Source: an uncultured Gemmatimonadales bacterium (GTDB lineage Bacteria > Gemmatimonadota > Gemmatimonadetes > Longimicrobiales > Longimicrobiaceae). Taken from it: a stretch of 64,000 bases of DNA. The translations under genes were made by a program, and so were the position numbers. Positions 18,759-27,559 of this stretch are shown one piece after another. Position 1 is the stretch's first letter; the number at the start of each line of letters is the position of its first letter. The notes beneath the pieces are model-generated. The model was not told the DNA's origin. It was given only the letters and a program-made list of their open reading frames with translations, and did not search any database. Location: NCBI GenBank assembly GCA_963716255.1, contig OY970303.1:4320001-4384000 (forward strand), in the 5' to 3' direction.

Positions 18759-19832
18759 GTGGCCAGCATCACCATCCGGGACGTGGCGGCGCGGGCGGGC
18801 GTGTCCATCGCCACGGTTTCGCGCGTGCTCAACGCGAGCGGGCCTGTCCGCGAGGAAACGCGGGCGCGGGTGGAGCAGGTCGCCGCCGAGCTGAACTTCA
18901 CCCCGCACGGCGCGGCCCGCAGCCTCATCACCCGCCGCACCGACACCTTCGGCGTGGTGCTCCCCGACCTCTTCGGCGAGTTCTTTTCGGAAGTGATCCG
19001 CGGCATGGACCCCCTCGCCCGCGGCAACGGCTACCACCTCCTCCTTTCCAGCTCCCACGACAATCGGCGCGAGATCGAGTTCGCCCTCCAGGCCATGCGC
19101 GGCCGGGTGGACGGGCTGATCGTCATGTCCCCCAACGTCAGCGCGCGCGCGCTGGAGTCGTGCCTGCCGGGGGACGTCCCCGTGGTGCTTCTCAACTGCG
19201 AGGCGGCGGGCGGCCGGTGGGCCGCCATCAACGTGGACAACTTCGGCGGAGCGCGCGCCATGGTGCTCCACCTGGCGGGGCTGGGGCACCGGCGCATCGC
19301 CATGGTGGGCGGCTCGGCCGGAAACTTCGACGCGCGCGAGCGGCAGCGCGGCTACCTGGCCGCCCTTGCCGAGGCCGGGCTCCCCGCGGACCCCGCGCTG
19401 GAGGCGGCCGGCGACTTCACCGAGCGGGGCGGCTTCCGGGCGGCGGAGGCGCTGGCGCGCCTGGACACGCCCCCCACGGCCCTGTTCTGCGCCAACGACT
19501 CCATGGCGGTGGGCGCCATGAGCGCCCTCCGCGCGGCGGGGCTGCGCGTCCCCGCCGACGTGGCGGTGGCCGGCTTCGACGACATCCCCATCGCCCGCTA
19601 CATCGACCCGGCCCTTTCTTCCGTGCACGTGGACGTCCACCGGCTGGGCGCCCTCGCGGTCGGAATGCTCTGCGAAACCCTGGGAAAGGAGACTCCGCAC
19701 CCCCCTGTCCACGAGATGCTTCCGACACGGCTCGTCATCCGCCGCTCCTGCGGCGCCACCGGCCCCGGGGACGAGACCGCGCATCGACACCCTGACGAGA
19801 GCGGGGCCGGCCACGCCAGGAGCTCACCATGA
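18759..19832 (+). CDS. LacI family transcriptional regulator
   Basis: TIRDVAARAGVSIATVSRVLN HTH; VAGFDD. Confidence 0.95.
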   Translation: MASITIRDVAARAGVSIATVSRVLNASGPVREETRARVEQVAAELNFTPHGAARSLITRRTDTFGVVLPDLFGEFFSEVIRGMDPLARGNGYHLLLSSSHDNRREIEFALQAMRGRVDGLIVMSPNVSARALESCLPGDVPVVLLNCEAAGGRWAAINVDNFGGARAMVLHLAGLGHRRIAMVGGSAGNFDARERQRGYLAALAEAGLPADPALEAAGDFTERGGFRAAEALARLDTPPTALFCANDSMAVGAMSALRAAGLRVPADVAVAGFDDIPIARYIDPALSSVHVDVHRLGALAVGMLCETLGKETPHPPVHEMLPTRLVIRRSCGATGPGDETAHRHPDESGAGHARSSP

Positions 19833-22783
19833 AAGGCAATCCCGTGAAAGCACTAGCGGCGCTGCTGCTGTGGGCGTGCCTGCTCGTCCCGGGGATCGGG
19901 GCGGCGCAGACCACCACGGCGAGCATCCGGGGGACCGTGAGGGCGGAGGGCGGCGCGCCCGCCCCCGCGGCCAGCATCACCGCGGTCAACACCGAGACCG
20001 GGGGGCGACGTACCGCTGTCTCGGCGGACAATGGAGCGTACACGCTCCTCGGGCTGGCGCCCGGCACCTATTCCATCTCCGTCACGGGGATGGGCCAGTC
20101 GGCGCAGACGCGCACGCTGCAGGTGCTGGTGGGCCAGGCCCTCACGGCCGACTTCCAGCTCGCCTCGCAGGCGCTGGCGCTGGAGGGGCTGACGGTGGTG
20201 GGGAACCGTGGCGTGGAGACCCGGACGTCCGAGGTCGCCACCAACATCAGCCGCGAGCAGCTGCAGAACCTCCCCAACTTCGAGCGCAACTTCCTGGACA
20301 TCGCGCGCCTGGCGCCGGGGATCACGGCGACCAACCCCAACAGCACCGACAAGACCATCTCGGCGGGCGGCCAGCCGGCGGAGGCGGTCAACGTCTTCAT
20401 CGACGGGGCGACGTACAAGAACGACGTGCTGCGCGGCGGCGTGGTGGGGCAGGACGCCAGCAAGGGGAACCCGTTCCCGCAGAGCGCGGTGCGCGAGTTC
20501 CGCGTGGCGACGCAGAACTTCCGGGCGGAGTACCAGCGCGCCGGCAGCGCCATCATCACCGCCACCACGCGCAGCGGGACCAACGAGTGGGAGGGCGACG
20601 CGTTCGCCTTCGGGGTCAACGACTCGTGGGTGGCGCGCGACGCGTTCACGCGCGACCGGGGCGGGACCGCGCCGGAGTACAGCCGGCTGCAGGCCGGGGC
20701 GAGCCTGGGCGGGCCCGTCGTGCGCGACCGGGTGTTCGTGTTCGGCACCTACGAGCTGAACTCGCGCGACGAGCCGGCCTACGTCCGCCTGGGCGGGGAC
20801 AGCCTGCGGGCGCCCGGGGCGCTGCTGGGCGAGCTCCGCCAGCAGGCCGGCCAGTTCACGCAGGAGTTCCGCCAGCACCTGGGCTTCGGCAAGGTGACGT
20901 GGAACGCGACCGAGCGGAGCACCGTGGACGTGGGCCTCACCCTGCGCAGGGACGAGGACTTCCGCGGCTTCGGCGGGACCACGTCGTTCGAGGCGTCGGA
21001 GAACATGAAGGTGGACGTGCTCGCCGGGACGGGGAACTGGCGCTGGTCCGCCGGCGACTGGCTCAACGAGGCGCAGGTGAGCGCGCAGTCCTTCACCTGG
21101 AACCCCAGCTGGACCAACGGGAACCTGATCGGGCGCGAGTACGTGGACATCCTGCGGGTGGGCGGCAAGGACAGCCAGCAGGACTTCTCGCAGCGGCGCC
21201 TGTCGCTGCGCAACGACGTGACGCGCGCCGGGGTGCAGATGGGCGGGGACCACCTGTTCAAGGGCGGCTTCAACGTCGACTTCCTGGGCTACGAGGCGGG
21301 CAAGCTCTTCAACGCCAACCCGCTCTTCCGCTTCCGCGCGGCGGAGGGCTACGCGCGCCCCTTCGAGGCCCGCTTCGGCTTCGGCGACCAGACGATCGAG
21401 ACCGACAACCTCCAGTTCGGCGGCTACGTGCAGGACGACTGGTCCGTCGGCGAGCGGCTGGTGCTCAACCTCGGCATCCGCTGGGACGCCGAGACCAACA
21501 TGATCAACAACGACTACGTGACGCCGGGCGCGCTGGCGGACTCGCTGGGCGGGGCGCTGGCGGGGCAGCTGTACGTGGACCAGCCGCTGGCGGGCGGCGG
21601 CGTGCAGCGGGTGCGCGTGGTGGACCAGCTGGGCGGGCTGCAGCGCTTCGTCAGCACCGGCGACAACCGGCCCATGTTCAAGAAGGCGTTCCAGCCGCGC
21701 GTGGGCGCGTCGTTCGACGTCTTCGGCACCGGGCGGACGACCCTCTTCGGCGGGTACGGCCTGTACTACGACCGCACCTACTGGAACACGCTGCTGGACG
21801 AGCAGTTCAGGCGGCAGTTCAGCGTGCTGACGGTGCAGTTCCGCGGCAGCGCGGCGGAGTGCGCGGCCACGGACGCGCCCAGCGCCTGCGCGGTGTGGAA
21901 CGACCGCTTCTACGACCCGGCGCAGCTGCGCACGCTGGCGGGCACCACCGGCCGTCCCGAGGTGTTCATGGTGGCCAACGACCTGAAGCCGCCGAGCACG
22001 CAGCAGTTCAGCGGCGGCGTGCGCCAGGAGCTGGGCGGGGCGCTGGTGACGCTGTCGTACAACGGGGTGCGCGGCCGCAACTACACCAACTTCGTGCGGG
22101 CCAGCCCGTGGGGCGGGCTGGGGCCCAACTACGCGCAGCTCTTCGTCACCGACGACCGGGTGAAGACCTGGTACGACGCCATGCAGCTGCAGCTGGAGCG
22201 GCCGCTGGGCGCGGGGAGCAACTGGGGCGGCTCGCTGGCCTACACGCTGTCGCGCTCCGAGGAGCAGGGGCAGAGCACCGACCTGTTCTGGGGCTTCGAC
22301 GAGCGCTACCCCACGGTGGGCGACCGGCCGCGGCTGCGCGCCCCGGGCGACCAGCGCCACAACGTGGTCGCCAACGCCATCGTCCTGCTGCCGTGGGACA
22401 TGCGCTTCAGCACCATCGCCAGCTTCGGCTCGGGGATACTGGTGAACGCCACGGACGCCAGCCAGGGGTGGGAGCTCACGCGGCAGCGCACCTACACCTT
22501 CCAGCCGCCGGCGCGGCCGTTCCTGGGGATCGGGCACGTGTTCGCCACCAACGTGGTGGACCTGCGCGCGGAAAAGGGCGTGTCGCTGGCCCGCGGGCAG
22601 CGCCTGGGGGTGGTGGTGGACGTGTTCAACGCCTTCAACAACGCCAACTACGCGTGCTGGAGCGACAACGCGACCATCGTCCCCACGGCGGACCAGAACG
22701 CGGACTGGCGGTCGCGCTACGGGACCCCCAACTGCGCGGGGCTGGGGCGCCGCCTGCAGCTGGGCGCGCGCTACGGCTTCTGA
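19829..22783 (+). CDS. TonB-dependent receptor (Oar-like, carboxypeptidase regulatory-like N-domain)
   Basis: Signal peptide; TRSGTNEW, YVQDDW, LNLGIRWD; C-terminal ARYGF. Confidence 0.9.
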   Translation: MKGNPVKALAALLLWACLLVPGIGAAQTTTASIRGTVRAEGGAPAPAASITAVNTETGGRRTAVSADNGAYTLLGLAPGTYSISVTGMGQSAQTRTLQVLVGQALTADFQLASQALALEGLTVVGNRGVETRTSEVATNISREQLQNLPNFERNFLDIARLAPGITATNPNSTDKTISAGGQPAEAVNVFIDGATYKNDVLRGGVVGQDASKGNPFPQSAVREFRVATQNFRAEYQRAGSAIITATTRSGTNEWEGDAFAFGVNDSWVARDAFTRDRGGTAPEYSRLQAGASLGGPVVRDRVFVFGTYELNSRDEPAYVRLGGDSLRAPGALLGELRQQAGQFTQEFRQHLGFGKVTWNATERSTVDVGLTLRRDEDFRGFGGTTSFEASENMKVDVLAGTGNWRWSAGDWLNEAQVSAQSFTWNPSWTNGNLIGREYVDILRVGGKDSQQDFSQRRLSLRNDVTRAGVQMGGDHLFKGGFNVDFLGYEAGKLFNANPLFRFRAAEGYARPFEARFGFGDQTIETDNLQFGGYVQDDWSVGERLVLNLGIRWDAETNMINNDYVTPGALADSLGGALAGQLYVDQPLAGGGVQRVRVVDQLGGLQRFVSTGDNRPMFKKAFQPRVGASFDVFGTGRTTLFGGYGLYYDRTYWNTLLDEQFRRQFSVLTVQFRGSAAECAATDAPSACAVWNDRFYDPAQLRTLAGTTGRPEVFMVANDLKPPSTQQFSGGVRQELGGALVTLSYNGVRGRNYTNFVRASPWGGLGPNYAQLFVTDDRVKTWYDAMQLQLERPLGAGSNWGGSLAYTLSRSEEQGQSTDLFWGFDERYPTVGDRPRLRAPGDQRHNVVANAIVLLPWDMRFSTIASFGSGILVNATDASQGWELTRQRTYTFQPPARPFLGIGHVFATNVVDLRAEKGVSLARGQRLGVVVDVFNAFNNANYACWSDNATIVPTADQNADWRSRYGTPNCAGLGRRLQLGARYGF

Positions 22784-22856
22784 CCGGACGGACGTGACCT
22801 CCCCGGCGGGCGTCGCAGCCCGCCGGGGACTTCTTCTCCCCCGCTCCAGCCGGACC

Positions 22857-24299
22857 ATGCGAATCGTCCCGCTCGCGCTTCTCTCCGCCGCGCTCCTGGC
22901 TTCCGGGTGCGCCGTCCCCGCGGCTCCGCCCGCCGCGCCGGTCCCGGCGGCGGACGCGCGCGGCGGGGCGTTCCTGGACACCCTCCAGGAGCGCACCTTC
23001 CGCTACTTCTGGGAGACGGCGAACCCGGCCAACGGCCTGGTGCCGGACCGCTGGCCCTCGCCGTCGTTCAGCAGCGTGGCGGCGGTGGGCTTCGGGCTCA
23101 CGGCCTACCCGGTGGGGGTGGAGCGGGGGTGGATCACCCGCGAGCAGGCGGCGGAGCGCACGCTGGCGACGCTGCGCTTCTTCTGGACGGCGCCGCAGGG
23201 GGCGGACTCGGCGGGGATGACGGGGCACCGGGGGTTCTTCTACCACTTCCTGGACATGCGGACGGGGCGCCGGTTCGAGAACGTGGAGCTTTCCACCATC
23301 GACACCGGGCTCTTCCTGATGGGGGCGCTGGCGGCGGGGGAGTACTTCGACCGCGCCACGCCGCCGGAGCGGGAGATCCGCGCGCTGGCCGACTCGCTGT
23401 ACCGCCGGGTGGACTGGGCGTGGATGCAGCTCCCGGACGGCATCGTGAGCATGGGATGGAAGCCGCGGGAGGGCCGGTTCGACTTCGGCTACAAGGGGTA
23501 CAACGAGGCCATGCTGCTGTACGTGCTGGCGCTGGGCTCGCCCACGCACCCCGTGGACGCGCGGGCGTGGCCGGCGTTCACGGGCACGTACACGTGGGGA
23601 AGCTTCCACGGCCAGGAGCACGTCAACTTCGCCCCGCTCTTCGGGCACCAGTACTCGCACGCGTGGATCGACTTCCGCGGCATCCGCGACGCGTACATGC
23701 GCGGGCGGGGGATGGACTACTTCGAGAACTCGCGGCGCGCCACGCTGGCGCAGCGGGCGTATGCCGTGGCAAACCCCGGCGGGTGGAAGGGCTACGGCGC
23801 CGACCTGTGGGGGCTCACGGCGAGCGACGGGCCCATGGACACCACGCTGGTGATCGGCGGGCGGCCGCGGACCTTCCACACGTACTGGGCGCGCGGCGCG
23901 GCGCTGGACGAGGTCAACGACGACGGGACGCTGGTCCCCACGGCGGCGGGCGGCTCCATCCCCTTCGCGCCGGAGGCCGCCATCCCCGCGCTGCTGGAGA
24001 TGCGCCGCCGCTACGGCGACCACCTCTTCCAGAAGTACGGCTTCCTGGACGCCTTCAACCCCACGCTGGACTTCCAGCCGCCCAGGCGGCTCCAGCACGG
24101 CCGGGTGGTGCCCGGCGTGGGCTGGTTCGACGGCGACTACCTGGGGATCGACCAGGGGCCCATCGTGCTGATGATCGAGAACCACCGCACGGGGATGGTG
24201 TGGGAGCTGATGCGCGGCAGCGAGCCCGTGGTGCGCGGCCTGTGCCGCGCGGGCTTCGCCGGGGGATGGCTGGAGGGGCGGTGCGCGGCCGCGAACTGA
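22857..24299 (+). CDS. GH144-like ('glucoamylase family') endo-beta-1,2-glucanase lipoprotein
   Basis: RTFRYFW, GLVPDR, SVAAVGFGL, ELSTIDT, YNEA, PLFGHQYSH, YGFLDAFN, IDQGPI. Confidence 0.85.
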   Translation: MRIVPLALLSAALLASGCAVPAAPPAAPVPAADARGGAFLDTLQERTFRYFWETANPANGLVPDRWPSPSFSSVAAVGFGLTAYPVGVERGWITREQAAERTLATLRFFWTAPQGADSAGMTGHRGFFYHFLDMRTGRRFENVELSTIDTGLFLMGALAAGEYFDRATPPEREIRALADSLYRRVDWAWMQLPDGIVSMGWKPREGRFDFGYKGYNEAMLLYVLALGSPTHPVDARAWPAFTGTYTWGSFHGQEHVNFAPLFGHQYSHAWIDFRGIRDAYMRGRGMDYFENSRRATLAQRAYAVANPGGWKGYGADLWGLTASDGPMDTTLVIGGRPRTFHTYWARGAALDEVNDDGTLVPTAAGGSIPFAPEAAIPALLEMRRRYGDHLFQKYGFLDAFNPTLDFQPPRRLQHGRVVPGVGWFDGDYLGIDQGPIVLMIENHRTGMVWELMRGSEPVVRGLCRAGFAGGWLEGRCAAAN

Positions 24300-25789
24300 G
24301 CCGGGCCGCGCCGGCCGCGGCGGCGCTGCCGCCGGCGGCGTGCGCCGCGGCCCTGCCGCCGCGTGAGGGATTCCGGCCCGAAGGGGCGAGACCCGCGGGC
24401 AGTTTCGCGGGGCTCGACTCCGTTAGCGAGCGTTGTTTGCTCGCTTACGGAGCCGAAGCCCGACCCCGGCGCAGCCGGGGGCACGCCCGAACCCTCGGCC
24501 CGCTGCTCCTGCTGTTGCTGTCGTCGTTGCTCGGTGCCTGCCGAAGCGAATCGGACAAAGACGTGGTGACGCTGCGCTTCTGGGGCATGGGGCGCGAGGG
24601 CGAGGTCGTGGAGCAGCTGGTGCCGGAGTTCGAGCGGCGCAACCCCGGGATCCGCGTGACCGTGCAGCAGATCCCCTGGACGGCGGCCCACGAGAAGCTG
24701 CTGACGGCCGTGGTGGGCGACGCGGTGCCGGACGTGGCGCAGCTGGGCAACACCTGGGTGCCGGAGTTCCAGGCGCTCGGGGCGCTCGAAGACCTCGGTC
24801 CGCGGGTGCGGAGTTCGCGGGTGGTGGACCCGGGCGACTACTTCCCCGGCATCTGGGACACCAACGTGGTGGACGGGCGGCTGTACGGGATCCCCTGGTA
24901 CGTGGACACGCGCGTCCTCTTCTACCGGCCGGACCTGCTGGCCGCCGCCGGGTACCCGGAGCCGCCCACCACCTGGGCGCAGTGGCGCGACGCCATGCGG
25001 CGGATGAAGGCGCGCATGGGCCCCGGCGGCCACCCCATCCTCCTCCCCACCAACGAGTGGCCGCAGCCGGTGATCCTGGGGATGCAGACCGGGGCCGACC
25101 TGCTGCGCGACGGGGGGCGCCGCGGCAACTTCCGCGACCCGGAGTTCCGGCGCGGCTTCGAGTTCTACGTGAGCCTGTTCCGCGAGGGGCTGGCCCCGCG
25201 GGTGAGCAGCACCGAGGTGTCCAACCGCTACCAGGAGTTCGCGCGCGGCAACATCGGCATGGTGATCACGGGGCCCTGGGAGATCGGCGAGTTCCGCGAC
25301 CGCATCCCCGCCGGGGTTCCCTGGGCGACGGCGCCGCTCCCCGGTCCGGACGGCCCCGGCACCTCCACCGCGGGCGGCTCCAGCCTGGTGCTCTTCCGCG
25401 GCTCGGAGCGGCGGGACGCGGCGTGGAAGCTGGTGGAGTTCCTGTCCGCGCCGGAGCAGCAGGTGAGGTTCTCGGAGCTCACCGGCGACCTCCCCGCCCG
25501 CCGCGGCGCCTGGACGAGCCCGAAGCTCACGGGCGACCCGCACGTGCGCGCCTTCCGCGAGCAGCTGGAGCGGGTGCGGCCGCTCCCCAAGGTGCCGGAG
25601 GTGGAGCAGATCGTGACCAGGGTGTTCGAGCAGGGGGAGCGCGCCGTGCGCGGCCAGGCCACGGTGGACCAGGCGCTCGCCGCGCTGGACGGCGAGGTGG
25701 ACCGGCTGCTGGAGAAGCGCCGCTGGATGCTGGACCGCCGCGAGCGGGAGCGCCGCGCCGCCGGAGGGGCCGATGGCGGGCATCGCTGA
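24296..25789 (+). CDS. Sugar ABC transporter substrate-binding lipoprotein (start uncertain: CTG 24296 or TTG 24437)
   Basis: Lipobox LLGAC at about 24540; QQIPW, PDVAQLG, YGIPWYVD; N-terminus overlaps repeat A4. Confidence 0.85.
   Translation: MSRAAPAAAALPPAACAAALPPREGFRPEGARPAGSFAGLDSVSERCLLAYGAEARPRRSRGHARTLGPLLLLLLSSLLGACRSESDKDVVTLRFWGMGREGEVVEQLVPEFERRNPGIRVTVQQIPWTAAHEKLLTAVVGDAVPDVAQLGNTWVPEFQALGALEDLGPRVRSSRVVDPGDYFPGIWDTNVVDGRLYGIPWYVDTRVLFYRPDLLAAAGYPEPPTTWAQWRDAMRRMKARMGPGGHPILLPTNEWPQPVILGMQTGADLLRDGGRRGNFRDPEFRRGFEFYVSLFREGLAPRVSSTEVSNRYQEFARGNIGMVITGPWEIGEFRDRIPAGVPWATAPLPGPDGPGTSTAGGSSLVLFRGSERRDAAWKLVEFLSAPEQQVRFSELTGDLPARRGAWTSPKLTGDPHVRAFREQLERVRPLPKVPEVEQIVTRVFEQGERAVRGQATVDQALAALDGEVDRLLEKRRWMLDRRERERRAAGGADGGHR
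24361..24494 (+). repeat. Family A structured repeat (A4)
   Basis: Variable stem AGCGAGC/GCTCGCT; terminal loop 1 nt shorter than in other copies. Confidence 0.95.
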
Positions 25790-26741
25790 CACCGGGACCT
25801 CGGAGGTGGCGGCCGGGGGGGCCGCGGGCGCCGCCGCGCCGCGCCGGGGCAGGCTGCGCCCGCCGGGGGAGGACAACCGGGCGGCCTGGGTGTTCCTGGC
25901 GCCGGCGCTGGCGCTCATCGGGGTGTTCTTCTTTCTCCCGGTGGTGGCGGCGCTGGCGCTCAGCTTCACCGACTTCGACATCTACGCCATCGGCGACGTG
26001 GGCAACGCGCGCTTCGTGGGCCTGCGCAACTACGCCCAGCTGCTGGACACGCCGCTCTTCTGGCAGGCGCTGCGCAACACCTTCTACTTCGCGCTGGTGG
26101 GCGGGCCGCTCTCCATCGCCGCGTCGCTGGCGGCGGCGCTGCTGCTGAACGCGAAGACGGTGCGCTTCAAGGGCTTCTTCCGCACCGTCTACTTCGCCCC
26201 GTTCGTCACCACGCTGGTCGCCGTCGCCATCGTCTGGCGCTACCTGTACCACACCCGCTACGGGCTGCTCAACTACGCGCTGGGGTGGGCGGGCGTCGCG
26301 CCGGTGGACTGGCTGGGCGACCCGCGCTGGGCCATGCCCGCCATCATCCTCATGGCCGTGTGGAAGAACTTCGGCTACAACATGCTCATCTTCATCGCCG
26401 GGCTGCAGGCGATCCCGGAGGAATTGTACGAGGCCGCGCGCATCGACGGGGCGACGGCCCTCCAGCGCTTCCGCCACGTCACCATCCCGCAGCTGGGGCC
26501 CACGCTGCTGTTCGTGGGCGTCATCACCATGATCGGCTACTTCCAGCTCTTCGTGGAGCCGTACGTGATGACGCAGGGCGGCCCGCTGCGCTCCACCACC
26601 AGCGTGGTGCTGCTGATGTACGAGGAGGGGTTCCGCTGGTGGCGCATGGGCTTCGCGGCGGCGGTGGCCTTCGTGCTGTTCGTGATCATCCTGGCGGCCA
26701 CGCTGGTGCAGCTCCGCCTTCAGCGCGGCGAGGAGCGGTGA
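25773..26741 (+). CDS. Carbohydrate ABC transporter permease (MalF-like)
   Basis: FVGLRNY; ELYEAARIDGA EAA loop. Confidence 0.93.
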   Translation: MAGIADTGTSEVAAGGAAGAAAPRRGRLRPPGEDNRAAWVFLAPALALIGVFFFLPVVAALALSFTDFDIYAIGDVGNARFVGLRNYAQLLDTPLFWQALRNTFYFALVGGPLSIAASLAAALLLNAKTVRFKGFFRTVYFAPFVTTLVAVAIVWRYLYHTRYGLLNYALGWAGVAPVDWLGDPRWAMPAIILMAVWKNFGYNMLIFIAGLQAIPEELYEAARIDGATALQRFRHVTIPQLGPTLLFVGVITMIGYFQLFVEPYVMTQGGPLRSTTSVVLLMYEEGFRWWRMGFAAAVAFVLFVIILAATLVQLRLQRGEER

Positions 26742-27559
26742 GCGGGCGCGCCGCGCGGGCGCTGCTGTACGCGCAGCTCGTGGTGGGGGCGCTGCTGGCG
26801 CTGCTCCCCATGGTGTGGATGGTGTCCGCGTCGCTGATGCCCGCGGGGGAGGCGAGCACCTTTCCGCCGCGGCTCTTCCCGCGGACGGTCACCTTCGAGC
26901 ACTACGTGGCCCTGTTCACCCGGCTCAGCCTGGGGCGCTACTTCGTCAACAGCGGCGTCATCGCGGCCACGGTCACGGTCCTGTCGCTGCTGGTCAACTC
27001 CATGGCCGGGTACGCCTTCGCCAAGCTGCGCTTCCGCGGGCGCGACCGCCTCTTCCGGGTGATGGCGGCGGGGCTGGTGGTGCCGGTGCAGGTGTCCATG
27101 CTCCCGCTCTTCCTGCTGATGAAGCAGCTGGGGCTCATCAACACCTACGCCGGGGTGATCATCCCCTCGCTGGCGAGCATCTTCGGGATCTTCCTGGTGC
27201 GGCAGTACGCCGTGTCCATTCCGGACGACCTGCTGGACGCCGCGCGCATCGACGGGGCGGGGGAGCTGCGTATCTACCGCTCCATCGTGCTCCCCACCAT
27301 CGTGCCCATCCTGGCGACGCTGGCAATCTGGACGTTCCTGAGCACCTGGAACGACTTCATGTGGCCGCTGATCGTGCTCAGCGACGAGAGCCGCTACACG
27401 CTGCCGGTGGCGCTCGCCAACCTGTCCGGCGAGCACGTGCAGGACACGGAGCTGATGATGGCGGGATCGGTGCTCACCATTCTCCCGGTGATGCTGGTTT
27501 TTCTTTTCCTCCAGCGCTACTACGTGCAGGGGGTGATGGTGGGGAGCGTCAAGGGATGA
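26738..27559 (+). CDS. Carbohydrate ABC transporter permease (MalG-like)
   Basis: GTGA overlap; AGYAFAKL, LLDAARIDGA, WNDFMWPL. Confidence 0.93.
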   Translation: MSGRAARALLYAQLVVGALLALLPMVWMVSASLMPAGEASTFPPRLFPRTVTFEHYVALFTRLSLGRYFVNSGVIAATVTVLSLLVNSMAGYAFAKLRFRGRDRLFRVMAAGLVVPVQVSMLPLFLLMKQLGLINTYAGVIIPSLASIFGIFLVRQYAVSIPDDLLDAARIDGAGELRIYRSIVLPTIVPILATLAIWTFLSTWNDFMWPLIVLSDESRYTLPVALANLSGEHVQDTELMMAGSVLTILPVMLVFLFLQRYYVQGVMVGSVKG

